NCBI GenBank assembly: GCA_001593865.1
Contig: LUCB01000012.1
Span: forward strand, 2,485-66,484
Length of the DNA: 64,000 bases
Origin: Candidatus Bathyarchaeota archaeon B24
GTDB taxonomy: Archaea; Thermoproteota; CALKCG01; B24
Direction of reading: 5' to 3'
Shown here: piece by piece, positions 36,657 to 46,433 of the stretch
Position numbering within the stretch: the stretch's first letter is position 1
How the letters are laid out: each line of letters opens with the position of its first letter
The notes under the pieces: generated by a model
The model's database searches: none
Told to the model about the DNA's origin: nothing
Seen by the model: the letters and a program-made list of their open reading frames with translations, nothing else
Position numbers and translations under genes: made by a program

Positions 36657-37508
36657 ATGTCTAAATTGGAGAACCGGCGTGGTATCTTAGTGTCGAAGCT
36701 TAGAGAGGTGTCTGCTAGACGTAGGAATCTCCTAGAAGAGATTAGGAGGCTCAGAAAGAAACGTGATGAACTCAACGAGGATGCTAGACGGATAGTCGAG
36801 GAGCTCAAGGCCTTAAGGACAGGTTACAGGCGTCTCCGCTCGGAAATATCTAGCCTAAGAGATAAGCTCAAAGAGGAATATGCCAGGCTTAAGGAGGTCA
36901 GGGACCTCATCCAACGGGCGCGCCTCAAGATGGAGAAGGTTGCTAAGCCGAAAACACCGCTTAGGAAGCTTAAGAACCGTATGGAGGAGCTTGAGTGGGT
37001 GCTTCAGACGTCGCCTACGGATCTAGAGATGGAGCGTAGAATAGCGAGTGAGATAGCTGAACTCCAGGTCGAGGTTAAAGCCCATGAGAAGATCAGAGAG
37101 CTTAAACAAGACCTGATGCGTCTCCGGGCGGTTCGAGAAGCCATTAAGCTCAGGATAAACTCGATTAAAAGTAGGATCGATGAGTTGAAAGATGAAAGGG
37201 ATAGGGTTAGACAGGCCATAACCGAGCTCGAGGAGCGGTATAAGGCGGTTAGGGAGAGAGCCGACGGTTTCCATCATGCATTGGTCGAGAAGCTTAACGA
37301 AGCTAAGACGTTAAGGGCCGAGGAGAAAGTTATAATCGAAGAGCTTAAGCAGATGGAGCTTGAGGAGCGGAAGATGGCTGAGGAAAAAGCCAAGGCGGTT
37401 TTAGCCGAGCTGGCTAGGAGGGCGTTAGACAAGCTGAGGAACGGCGGTAAAGTTACGGTCGAGGAGCTTAAGGCCATAGCTGAGGCTGAGGATATGGGGG
37501 TGATCTAG
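36657..37508 (+). CDS. Long coiled-coil protein (highly charged, heptad repeats throughout), unknown function
   Basis: 283 aa, Glu/Lys/Arg/Leu-rich with continuous heptad periodicity; 48 nt downstream of the Snf7-like gene, and its stop overlaps the next gene's start. Confidence 0.5.
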   Translation: MSKLENRRGILVSKLREVSARRRNLLEEIRRLRKKRDELNEDARRIVEELKALRTGYRRLRSEISSLRDKLKEEYARLKEVRDLIQRARLKMEKVAKPKTPLRKLKNRMEELEWVLQTSPTDLEMERRIASEIAELQVEVKAHEKIRELKQDLMRLRAVREAIKLRINSIKSRIDELKDERDRVRQAITELEERYKAVRERADGFHHALVEKLNEAKTLRAEEKVIIEELKQMELEERKMAEEKAKAVLAELARRALDKLRNGGKVTVEELKAIAEAEDMGVI

Positions 37509-38681
37509 ATGCCTAAACCCGACGAGCGACCTATGAGGTTTCTTGTGATATGTGTCGATAGAGACGACGACTTAGGGGTTAAAACGGGGATAAAGTCCCC
37601 TGTCATCGGTAAGGAGAACGTCCTCGAGGCGGGTCTGAAGCTGATAATGACCGACCCTGAGGAGGCCGATGCTAACACGATGTTCGAGGCCGTGCGTATA
37701 ATGGAGAACCTACAGGCCAAGGATGAGGAGAACGTTTACGAAGTCGTGGTTTTAACAGGCTCTAGGGAGGATGATATCGAAGCCGATAGGAGGATCTCTG
37801 AGGGGTTGAGACAGGTTTTAGAGGTTTACCCGGCAGATGCAGCTATACTCGTCTCAGACGGCTACACGGACCAGCAGGTCTTCCCGATAATACAGTCGCA
37901 GGTCCCGATAATCTCCGTGAGGCGTTTCGCCGTTAAACACAGCCAATCCCTCGAGACCAGCTGGTACATAATCACCAGGTACCTGAGTATGCTTCTCCAA
38001 GACCCGAGGTATACCAAATGGACGCTTGGATTACCCGGCATAATAGTCCTGTTCCTCTCGATACTCTACGTTCTAACGCTCTTCTATCCCGAGATCCCGC
38101 TACTCCCATATACCACCGCGGCGGTTTTGATAATCACCGGGTTGACTCTATTCGTCAAGGGATTCGAGATAGACAAATCCATAAGCTACGTTTTCTCGGA
38201 GGTGGCTTCCAGACCGTCGATATTGATAAGGGTCTTCGGCTACGTAGCCGGTATAATAATATGCGGCCTAGGGATATCCCAGGGCTTTTCATCGGTAGCG
38301 GAGAACGTGCCCTTAGGAAGCCTTACAGACTTCCAGATGTTTATGAAATACTCTAACGTGATAATCGCGAGTTTTATCGAGGGCGTCTCAAGCTTCTTCC
38401 TCATGGGATTGTCGGTCATGTTAGCAGGGAGAGCGTTGTTCGATTACATACATAGAAACCTGAGGCTTCTGATAGATATAGTAGGCTTGATATCCGTCTT
38501 CATGATAATAGAGACGGTTATCCAGTCTACCCCCATACTCAGAGAACCTCCCCAGTCGATAACAAGCCCAGAAGTTATGGGTTTCCTACTATGGATATTG
38601 CTCGCGATAACGATGATAGCGGCCTCATCCCTCATAGCCCATAGGCTAAGGGAGAAGCTGGCTAAAACCTGGAGGGATTAA
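37509..38681 (+). CDS. DUF373-like integral membrane protein with N-terminal cytoplasmic domain
   Basis: N-terminal soluble domain (FLVICVDRDDDLG...) followed by about 7 TM helices; start codon overlaps the stop of the coiled-coil gene (TAGATG). Confidence 0.5.
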   Translation: MPKPDERPMRFLVICVDRDDDLGVKTGIKSPVIGKENVLEAGLKLIMTDPEEADANTMFEAVRIMENLQAKDEENVYEVVVLTGSREDDIEADRRISEGLRQVLEVYPADAAILVSDGYTDQQVFPIIQSQVPIISVRRFAVKHSQSLETSWYIITRYLSMLLQDPRYTKWTLGLPGIIVLFLSILYVLTLFYPEIPLLPYTTAAVLIITGLTLFVKGFEIDKSISYVFSEVASRPSILIRVFGYVAGIIICGLGISQGFSSVAENVPLGSLTDFQMFMKYSNVIIASFIEGVSSFFLMGLSVMLAGRALFDYIHRNLRLLIDIVGLISVFMIIETVIQSTPILREPPQSITSPEVMGFLLWILLAITMIAASSLIAHRLREKLAKTWRD

Positions 38682-38687
38682 TTCGAT

Positions 38688-39470
38688 ATGGCTGGTCTGT
38701 GGAGAGCCGTTATACTGGGTTCGGGCTTCGAAGATGCTGTAAAGCCCCTAGAGGTCTATCGGGTCGATACGCCTTTCGGCTCTGCGACTACTGTCTACCG
38801 CGTCTCCTTGGAAAGCCTCGACGTTCTGGTGCTTCCTAGGCATGGTCCTAGGCATGAGAAGCCCCCCCACAAAGTCGACTATAGGGCTAACCTATGGGCT
38901 TTGAAGAAGCTCGGGGCCGAGAGGGTGTTGGCGGTCAACACGGTCGGGGCCATAAACCCCGTCATGAGGCCAGGAGACCTAGCGGTTCCCCACGACCTTA
39001 TAGACTTCACGAAGAGCCGAGCCTACACGTTCTACGACTCCGCACCGGTCGTCCATATAGACTTCACGGAGCCATACTGCAGGGAGCTTAGGAGGCTTCT
39101 CATAGAGTCTGCGAGTAAACTCTCCGGGAGGGTCTGGGACAGAGCCGTATACGTATGCACGGAGGGGCCTAGGTTTGAAACCCCCGCGGAGATCAGGATG
39201 TTCAGAATCCTAGGGGGAGACATAGTCGGTATGACAGGTTGCCCTGAGGCTTCCTTGGCTAGAGAGCTTGGCATTTGCTATGCATCCCTATGTCTCATAT
39301 CTAACATGGCCGCCGGACTACAGAGCCGCATAACCTCGAAAGAGGTCTCGGAGGTCGCATCTGAAAAGAGAGGGGTAATCCTTGATACGTTAAAAGACGT
39401 GTTGAAACGCATGCCCAGGGATCGAAGCTGCGGATGTAGCCTACAGAAGGGCGCTGAATTCAAGGTTTAA
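38688..39470 (+). CDS. mtnP: S-methyl-5'-thioadenosine phosphorylase / purine nucleoside phosphorylase (PNP/MTAP family)
   Basis: VILGSGF...PRHG..HE.PPH.V.YRAN..AL..LG...V.NTVG pattern of MTAP; 260 aa. Confidence 0.8.
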   Translation: MAGLWRAVILGSGFEDAVKPLEVYRVDTPFGSATTVYRVSLESLDVLVLPRHGPRHEKPPHKVDYRANLWALKKLGAERVLAVNTVGAINPVMRPGDLAVPHDLIDFTKSRAYTFYDSAPVVHIDFTEPYCRELRRLLIESASKLSGRVWDRAVYVCTEGPRFETPAEIRMFRILGGDIVGMTGCPEASLARELGICYASLCLISNMAAGLQSRITSKEVSEVASEKRGVILDTLKDVLKRMPRDRSCGCSLQKGAEFKV

Positions 39471-39498
39471 CCAAAACTGTTGAGGTCGGGGCTTTCGG

Positions 39499-40536
39499 TC
39501 AGACCCGTGTAAGCGGTTCAAACCCGTCTTTAAGGACTAGGACCGTATCCTCTATCCGACATCCATATTTTCTCCTGATGTAGACCCCTGGTTCTATGGT
39601 GATTACGTCCCCCTCCATGAGCTTCTCGTCACTTGACGGATTAAGCCCCGGAGGCTCATGTACATCCAAACCTACACCGTGGCCGAGACCGTGGATGAAA
39701 AGCCCCCTATATCCTCTAGCGTCGAGAAATTCCCTAGCCGCCTTATCGACATCCCTACAAAGCACACCCGCCCTAACAATCTCTAAAGCCTTCTCTTGAG
39801 CCTTCCGTACGTCTTCTACAACCTTTTCATACTCTGGGTTTCTACCGACCGTGAAGCTCCTAGTCATATCGGCGCAATAGCCCATATAACATACACCGGC
39901 GTCTATGGTCACCGGCTCTCCTTCCAAAATCTTCCTAAGCGACGGTTTACCATGGGGCCTAGAGGTTTTAGGTCCCGAAACCACTATGATCGGGAACGCA
40001 TACTCCAATCCCCGGTCCCTAAGGAATGCGTCCGCCATCTTAGCTAAGCCGCACTCCGTCACACCGGGTTTAGCATGTTCGACGAGAAGCTCCATAAGCT
40101 CTCTAGTCAGCCTTGAAGCTTCTCTTATAAGCCTTATCTCTTCAGGGTCTTTAGTCCTCCTAAGCGTCGACAAGTAGTTGGAGCCGTCTTTAAGCTTGAA
40201 CCCTTCTGACTCCAGGCTTTTGTAATCAGGTATGGAAAGCCCGTCGTAGAACACGGTCGAAGCTCCAGCATCTCTCAGAACCTTTGCTATCCCCTTTCTG
40301 AACGGCTCACCTATCTGCAGCGGCTCGATTTGGACTCCCTGGGCTTCATCCTCTGCATCTTCGAGGCTTAACATGGGGACTAGAAGTGTAGGCTCGGAAT
40401 CTGGGAATACGAATAGGACACCCCCCTCGAAGCCTGTGAGGTACCTGACATTCTTAGGCTCCGTCAGCATGAAGACATCCACGTTCTCCTTCGATAACCT
40501 CTCTTTAACCATCTTGATCCTACGTCCATAGTTCAT
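39499..40536 (-). CDS. pepQ: Xaa-Pro aminopeptidase/dipeptidase (M24B family)
   Basis: Creatinase N-domain plus pita-bread domain with HGLGHGVGLDVHE and the metal-ligand pattern. Confidence 0.8.
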   Translation of the reverse strand: MNYGRRIKMVKERLSKENVDVFMLTEPKNVRYLTGFEGGVLFVFPDSEPTLLVPMLSLEDAEDEAQGVQIEPLQIGEPFRKGIAKVLRDAGASTVFYDGLSIPDYKSLESEGFKLKDGSNYLSTLRRTKDPEEIRLIREASRLTRELMELLVEHAKPGVTECGLAKMADAFLRDRGLEYAFPIIVVSGPKTSRPHGKPSLRKILEGEPVTIDAGVCYMGYCADMTRSFTVGRNPEYEKVVEDVRKAQEKALEIVRAGVLCRDVDKAAREFLDARGYRGLFIHGLGHGVGLDVHEPPGLNPSSDEKLMEGDVITIEPGVYIRRKYGCRIEDTVLVLKDGFEPLTRV

Positions 40537-40764
40537 AGAGACCTAAAGAAAACTTGCGTGTAACCTAGTAAATGTTTCTCCCTTAATGAAGCCATCGCCT
40601 GTTCTCTTCTCTCTGAAAATGGAGCGGGGGCTCCCTCGATTAAGCGGAGGTGTCGAGTATCTACCCGTAAACATACAACTCTGGGATACCGCTGCTTAAA
40701 TGAGTAGTCTGGTAATTGTGGAAAGTTCTTAAACAGCATCCTGGTAACTTTAAAGTGAGGGGAG

Positions 40765-41922
40765 GTGTGTCGGATAGACGCTGAAGAATACGACCAGATG
40801 CCGTACACATATGAACGACTGGTTTCACTGGTAGAGGGGTTTAAGCTTCCAAACTCTGAGAAAGTTAAGCTTCTCAAAGGCTTTCTAAAAAGCTCGAGGA
40901 GGATCCTGTGCGTAGGCGTAGGTAGGTCGGGTGAAAACGCAGAGGTTTTCTCTAGGTTCCTAAGAAACCTCGGCTTCGAGCAGGTCTACGGTCCTGAAGA
41001 AATCCCTTATGTGATAAGGGAATCTGACGTGCTCGTGGCGTTTTCAGGAAGCGGTGTGACGACCTACACGCTGGAAACCGCGAAGATAGCGCATGAGGCG
41101 AACGCTAAAGTCGTCGCATTGACATCAGACCCTGAAAGCCCCCTGGCGAAGATCTCGAATTTGGTTATAGAGATACCTGGTAAAAAGACGCTGGACTACC
41201 ATGCCGAAGACTACTACGCTAGACAGATAGAGGGTGTGGTGTACGCCCCGTTGACGCCGATGGGTACTTTATACGAACTCAGGACGCTCCTATTCTCGTT
41301 GAGCTTCATAGGGTCCTTCCTAGGAGGCTCTGTCGAAGGGTGGTTTCAGAAGATCTTGGCTGGGTTGAAGGGTTACAAGCCGTCTCAGGGAGACTTTCAG
41401 ACTTTATATCAAGCCTTACCTAGGCCTAGAAGCCGTCTGAACCCGTGGACAGGTAAAACCGTCGTCGTAGGCGAGGGGTTCTCAGGCATAGTAGGCTCCT
41501 TCTTCGTGACTAGACTGAGGCACTGCTGTAAGCCTGGTGAAGACCGTGAATGCTACTTCTGGAAGGATAAAGGTAGCGTAGCCGTCGGCTCCCGGGATAC
41601 GGTTCTGATAATCTCCGGCTCAGGAGGGCATCTACCCGCTTTGATGGCCGAGAAGGCTAAGGCTAAAGGCGCTAGGGTCGTCGCGATAACCTCCTACGTG
41701 GATAGTCCTCTAGCGGAGAACAGCGACTCGATAATAATCATACCCGGTAGGGTTATCTATAAGCTTAAGGGGCTTAGAAGTAGCTACCTCCCGAGGAACC
41801 CGCTTGAGTCGCTTTTCGAGCTCAGGACGCTCTTCTTCCTCGAGGGCTCCATATATCTTCTGGCGAAAAGAGAGGGTATAACAGAGGTGGACATGATGAC
41901 TAAGCATTCAGACTTCACTTGA
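40765..41922 (+). CDS. Tandem SIS-domain sugar-phosphate isomerase/amidotransferase-like protein (possible start at ATG 40798)
   Basis: Two SIS-like Rossmann segments (VGVGRSG..., VVGEGFSG...). Confidence 0.6.
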   Translation: MCRIDAEEYDQMPYTYERLVSLVEGFKLPNSEKVKLLKGFLKSSRRILCVGVGRSGENAEVFSRFLRNLGFEQVYGPEEIPYVIRESDVLVAFSGSGVTTYTLETAKIAHEANAKVVALTSDPESPLAKISNLVIEIPGKKTLDYHAEDYYARQIEGVVYAPLTPMGTLYELRTLLFSLSFIGSFLGGSVEGWFQKILAGLKGYKPSQGDFQTLYQALPRPRSRLNPWTGKTVVVGEGFSGIVGSFFVTRLRHCCKPGEDRECYFWKDKGSVAVGSRDTVLIISGSGGHLPALMAEKAKAKGARVVAITSYVDSPLAENSDSIIIIPGRVIYKLKGLRSSYLPRNPLESLFELRTLFFLEGSIYLLAKREGITEVDMMTKHSDFT

Positions 41923-41928
41923 ACCCTG

Positions 41929-43290
41929 TCATCTCCTCTCCAGCTGGCTACCGTAGATGGTTACGTCTCCGCTTATTATGTAGGCTATGGTGCATGCGAT
42001 GAGGGATGGTGCTAAAAGCTGATACCCTCCGCTCATCTCCACGACGAGTATTACGGAGGCTAACGGTGCTTTAGAGGCCGCTGCGAAGAACGAAGCCATA
42101 CCTACCAAGACATATGGCGCGATGTGTCCGATGAACGTTAAAGGCAAGGTCTTCAAGAATAGATTCAAAGCCCCACCGATCATCGCTCCTACAAAGACCG
42201 AGGGCGCGAATACACCTCCGCTTCCTCCAGAAGCTACGGTGAAACTCGTGGCGGCTATCTTGGCTATGCCTAGGAACGTAAGCTCTTCGGTCGTGAACTC
42301 TCCGTTGATGGCTCTTTGAATAACCCCGTAGCCTCCTCCGAGCACCTCGGGAACGATCAACCCTATAAGCCCGGTTAAGGCTCCTCCTATGGCCGGCTTA
42401 ACGGCCTCCGGAACCTTAAGCCTCTCGAATAACAGTTCGGTGAGATAGAAGACCTTCACGAAAATCACCGCGGATACTCCGCATACAAGCCCTAGGAAGC
42501 CGTATAGGATTAGTTCAAGAGGGTTCGTCAGAGTCACGGGAGGAACTTCGAACGCCCTCTTCACGCCCGTGAAGATCATGGAAACAGCATATCCTGAAAC
42601 CGAAGCTATAACCGACGGTATGAATCCCTCGACTTCAAAGTCCCTTCTGTATAATACTTCGATCGCGAAGATGGAGCCTCCTAACGGAGACTTAAACACG
42701 CTTCCTATACCGGCTGCTATACCCGCTATGAGTAAAGTTTTCCTATCGCGAACGTTTAACCTCAGAAGCCTAGCGAGCGTCGAGCCGAACCCGGCTCCAG
42801 TCTGGGCTATAGGCCCCTCTCTACCGGCGCTACCGCCTGAGCCGATCGTGATGGCTGAGGCTATGATCTTGACTACGGGTATCCTCGCTCTTATACTTCC
42901 CCACCTCTTGTGAAAGGCCTTTATAGCCGCGTCTGTTCCATGGCCCTTAGCCTCAGGAGCGGTTGATGCTACTATGAACCCTGATATGAGACCCCCTATC
43001 CCGACGATCAAGGGAAGTCTCCATGGTCCTAGATACCCTAAAAACTCGAGCCCTTGGTCTAAGAACAGGTGTCTACACCCTTCTAAAAGTAGGTCGAACA
43101 CCACACCCCCTAGTCCTCCGATTACACCCACGGCTACGCTTAAAATCGCCCATTTCTCCAAGTAGTTAGCGTGTTTAGCCGAGATCCCCAGTCTTCTCAT
43201 GAAGCCCTTGAACCGCATTCTAAGCCTAGTGAATAGGCTATGCATCTCCTTCATCGCGCTCCCTCCTTTAGCTCTCTTATAGCTCTCCAA
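41929..43290 (-). CDS. ClC-family voltage-gated chloride channel/transporter
   Basis: Motifs GSGGSAGREGP and GGVFAP (GxFxP), with about 10 TM helices. Confidence 0.8.
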   Translation of the reverse strand: MESYKRAKGGSAMKEMHSLFTRLRMRFKGFMRRLGISAKHANYLEKWAILSVAVGVIGGLGGVVFDLLLEGCRHLFLDQGLEFLGYLGPWRLPLIVGIGGLISGFIVASTAPEAKGHGTDAAIKAFHKRWGSIRARIPVVKIIASAITIGSGGSAGREGPIAQTGAGFGSTLARLLRLNVRDRKTLLIAGIAAGIGSVFKSPLGGSIFAIEVLYRRDFEVEGFIPSVIASVSGYAVSMIFTGVKRAFEVPPVTLTNPLELILYGFLGLVCGVSAVIFVKVFYLTELLFERLKVPEAVKPAIGGALTGLIGLIVPEVLGGGYGVIQRAINGEFTTEELTFLGIAKIAATSFTVASGGSGGVFAPSVFVGAMIGGALNLFLKTLPLTFIGHIAPYVLVGMASFFAAASKAPLASVILVVEMSGGYQLLAPSLIACTIAYIISGDVTIYGSQLERR

Positions 43291-43357
43291 GTTTTAGAGA
43301 GGACTGTTAAATAAAGTCTTTATATTTGAGTGTCTCTAGGGGTTTGAGGGGATATCG

Positions 43358-44008
43358 TTGAGAGCCGTGATCGCTGGTGGTGGTGGAACAGGGGTTGCAT
43401 TAGCCAAGCTTTTGATGGAGGACGGATGGTCTGTCGTCATAATAGACCATGATCCTAGGGTCTGTGAACATATAGTTCGCGAGCTTCCTAGCGTAGACGT
43501 TATAGAAGGTGAAGCCACGGATCCTAAGGTTCTTGAAGAAGCCGGTATCAGAAAGGCTGATGTATTCGTAGCCGTGACGAACAGCGACTCTGTGAACGTG
43601 ATGTCCTCGGTGCTCGCTAAAAATATGGGCGTTAAAAAAGTGATAGCAAGGGTTGAAAGCTCTATGTATAAAGAGGTCGCCGAGAAGATGGGTTTAAAGG
43701 ATTACATAATTCCGTCAGAATCCGCGGCTGCTCAGATAGAGGAGATGGTGAAGGGCGTAGATTTCCTATCGACTTTCATAAAGTATCACCGTGAGCTTGA
43801 GCTTCTAGAGGAGGAGGTCGATAAAAGCTCTCCTTACGTAGGTATGAGCATATGCGAGGTCATGGAGAGAAGTAACGACCGCCACCCGATAATGATAATA
43901 AAATCCAACGGAGACAAGGTTTTAATACCTAAACTCGGCTACCGGATTAAAGCTGGCGATAAAATAATATTCCTGAGAAAGAGAAGCATATTCGAACGGC
44001 TCTTCTAA
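43358..44008 (+). CDS. trkA: TrkA-family K+ transport regulatory protein (TrkA-N NAD-binding plus TrkA-C)
   Basis: Rossmann motif IAGGGGTGVALAKLL and the KTN domain order; 216 aa. Confidence 0.75.
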   Translation: MRAVIAGGGGTGVALAKLLMEDGWSVVIIDHDPRVCEHIVRELPSVDVIEGEATDPKVLEEAGIRKADVFVAVTNSDSVNVMSSVLAKNMGVKKVIARVESSMYKEVAEKMGLKDYIIPSESAAAQIEEMVKGVDFLSTFIKYHRELELLEEEVDKSSPYVGMSICEVMERSNDRHPIMIIKSNGDKVLIPKLGYRIKAGDKIIFLRKRSIFERLF

Positions 44009-46231
44009 CTACTCTCTGTCCATGAAGTCTTCTGGCCTAGGCGGCTCTGGTGATAGTCCTTTACGCTGCCTTATCTCACGTATGAGCTTAGGCATTAGCG
44101 ACGATGGCACCGGCGCCCACCTGGAGAACGGTAGGCTCCAGAAAGCCTTGCCTGATGTGGAGGACCTTATCACATCGGCTAGGTCGAACGTCTCCGCGGC
44201 CGGTATCTCCCCTTCGACGTGAACCACATACTCTCTCTGCTCTATAGATAATACGCGTCCCCTTCTGCTCGTCAGTATCTTGGTTAGGACACCGACCATC
44301 TCGGCTGGGGCTCTGGCTACAAGCTTCATTATCGGCTCTAGGAGTATCGGATCCGCTGAGAGTAGACCCGCGTAGATGGCTCTACGAACCATAGGTATTA
44401 TCTGAGCCGGGCCTCTATGAGCCGGGTCTGAGTGTAGCTCAGCGTTCTCCAGATTAACCTTGACGCCTCGGACGTATTCCCTCGTAAGCGGCCCATCATC
44501 CATGGCTGATATGAAGCCTGAGACCATGTAATCTCGGACCTCGTTGAGATATTGGACGCCCTTAGAACGGTCTACGAAGATGCATCCATGAGGGTCTATC
44601 CCATAGACGTTCCTAGCCTCCTCCGCAGGCCACCCGTAGCTTCTGAGGAGTTTAGCTATGCTCCTCCTATCCATCGTATCGTTGAGTTTACCCGAGGTTA
44701 TAAGCTCCACTATCTGCGGGTCTAGGGGTTCAACGCTTATGTAAACCCTATTGTGTCTGTTCGGTGATTTAGCCATGAAAGGCCCTGCGGGTTTTCTGAT
44801 GCTCTCCCTGTATATAACGGTCGGCGGCGAGGTTATGATCTCTAACCCCGTCTTCTGTATGAGCGTCAACGCGATCTCGAGGTGAACCTGACCTATGCCC
44901 GAGAGGAGATACTCACCGCTTTCCTGGTCTATCCTAGCCACCAAGTTGGGGTCCTCTATAGTCAGCTTGTTCAGCACGTCGACAAGCTTAGGCAAGTCTC
45001 TACTATACTTCGGCTCTATGGCTATGGTCACGACAGGCTCCGTGACGTATCTAACGGCTTCGAAAGGCACCACATCTGGGATAGAGGCTATCGTTTCACC
45101 AGCCCTAGCCTTATCGAGCCCCAGTAAAGCCGGTATGTTACCCGCCGGTAGACTGCCGACGATCTCCCTATACGGACCCATATAGATGCATACCTGCTGA
45201 ACCCTACCGGTCGCCCTAGCTCCTATGAGGTGAACGGTGTCTCCGGCGTTTATGACCCCTGAGAACAACCTCCCCGTCGCTACTACACCGGCTTGAGGGT
45301 CGACGGTTACGTTCGAGATGCACATGACGACAGGCCCATCGTCGTCGCATTCGAGCATCGCCTTACCCACCTCTGAAGATAGGTCTCCATGCCAGATCTT
45401 AGGTATCCTGTACTTCTGGGCTATGGGTGGAGACGGCAGATGCTCTACGACCATGTCGAGTATAGCCTCGTGGAGCGGAACGGTTTTCCTAAGCTCCTCG
45501 ACGTTTCCCTCCTTATAAGCCGCCACGACATCCGAGAACTTTATACCCTTCTCCTGAGCCACCCTGAGGGTGAAGCCCCACCTATGTTTAGCCGAGCCGA
45601 GGGCTACGTTGTTGTTTGAAAAGCTTACCTTCCAAGCCTTCCTGTATTCAGGCTCGGCATACATCTCGATCAGACGGTTGAAGTCCTTGATTATCCTAAC
45701 TATGACTTCTTGGACGCCTTGGGGGCTTAGCTTAAGCTCGTTGATCAACCGGTCGATCTTGTTTATGTATAGAACCGGTCTCACCCTCTCTTCTAGGGCC
45801 TGTCTGGTGACGGTCTCCGTCTGGGTCATGACACCTTCAACCGCGTCCACCACAACTATGGCCCCGTCTATCGCTCTGAGAGACCGGGTAACCTTACCCG
45901 TGAAGTCTATGTGACCTGGAGTATCGATAAGGTTGATCACATACGGCTTGTTCTCATACTCGTAGTAGAGACTTATGTTAGCCGCCTTTATCGTCATCTG
46001 CCTCTTCTGCTCCTCCTCCATATAGTCTAACGCCAAGGCCTGCCCAGCCATCGAGGGCGATAACAGGCCGCAGGCAGCTAGAAGGGAATCGCTCATAGTA
46101 GTCTTACCGTGGTCTACATGGGCTATAATTCCTATATCTTCCGGACCCGAGGCCGAACCTCAGGTCTTTCGGATAAACTCCTTGTCCTTAACTATCTTAA
46201 GTATCTCAGCCGTCGTCCTATACCTAGGCAT
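44009..46231 (-). CDS. fusA: Translation elongation factor aEF-2, interrupted: the conserved N-terminus (MPRYRTTAEILKIVKDKEFIRKT) is separated from the G1 motif (IGIIAHVDHGKTT) by an in-frame TGA inside a 27-nt insertion; the ORF track lists only 44009..46096
   Basis: G-domain motifs AHVDHGKTT, DTPGH and NKIDR; diphthamide-region and domain IV/V motifs; strong similarity to crenarchaeal aEF-2. Hand translation upstream of 46096 shows the in-frame TGA at 46160-46162 on the plus strand. Confidence 0.8.
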
Positions 46232-46433
46232 TTCCCCATCCCCTTCCGAGCGTGAAACCTAATAACCACCAGCCTTATTAAACTTTTAGAAAAAACGCGG
46301 CTCTCTATCTTTCAACCGACCAAGGATGAAATGCTCGATAGGATTTTCCGTATGCAGAAGAAGACTCCTACAGTAGAGGGATACGACATATGGTCCGTAA
46401 TAATAGCCAAGGAAAGGGATTCCCCTCACGTGA

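Noticed and set aside
36657-37508. Coiled-coil protein as a canonical SerRS N-arm, SMC or CdvA homologue
   Set aside because: No catalytic or ATPase/PRC-barrel domain is attached. It is purely coiled-coil, so it is left as an unassigned coiled-coil partner in the ESCRT-III-like operon.
40533-40877. 114-aa minus-strand ORF overlapping the pepQ/SIS intergenic region
   Set aside because: It spans the divergent promoter region and the 5' end of the SIS gene, has low-complexity composition and no motifs. Probably spurious.
46136-46162. Bulge-helix-bulge mRNA intron (an EndA substrate) explaining the 27-nt insert in fusA
   Set aside because: I could not place two 3-nt bulges around a 4-bp central helix at any boundary choice. 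The insert's flanks are direct rather than complementary repeats (AAGAC/AAGAT). It is left as an open possibility only.
46136-46162. T4-gene-60-style translational bypass or selenocysteine decoding of the fusA TGA
   Set aside because: No matching take-off and landing codon pair in the correct frame (the downstream AAG is in the +1 frame and is followed by TAG). Crenarchaeal-type genomes lack Sec machinery, and TGA is used as an ordinary stop elsewhere in the window (for example at 406-408).
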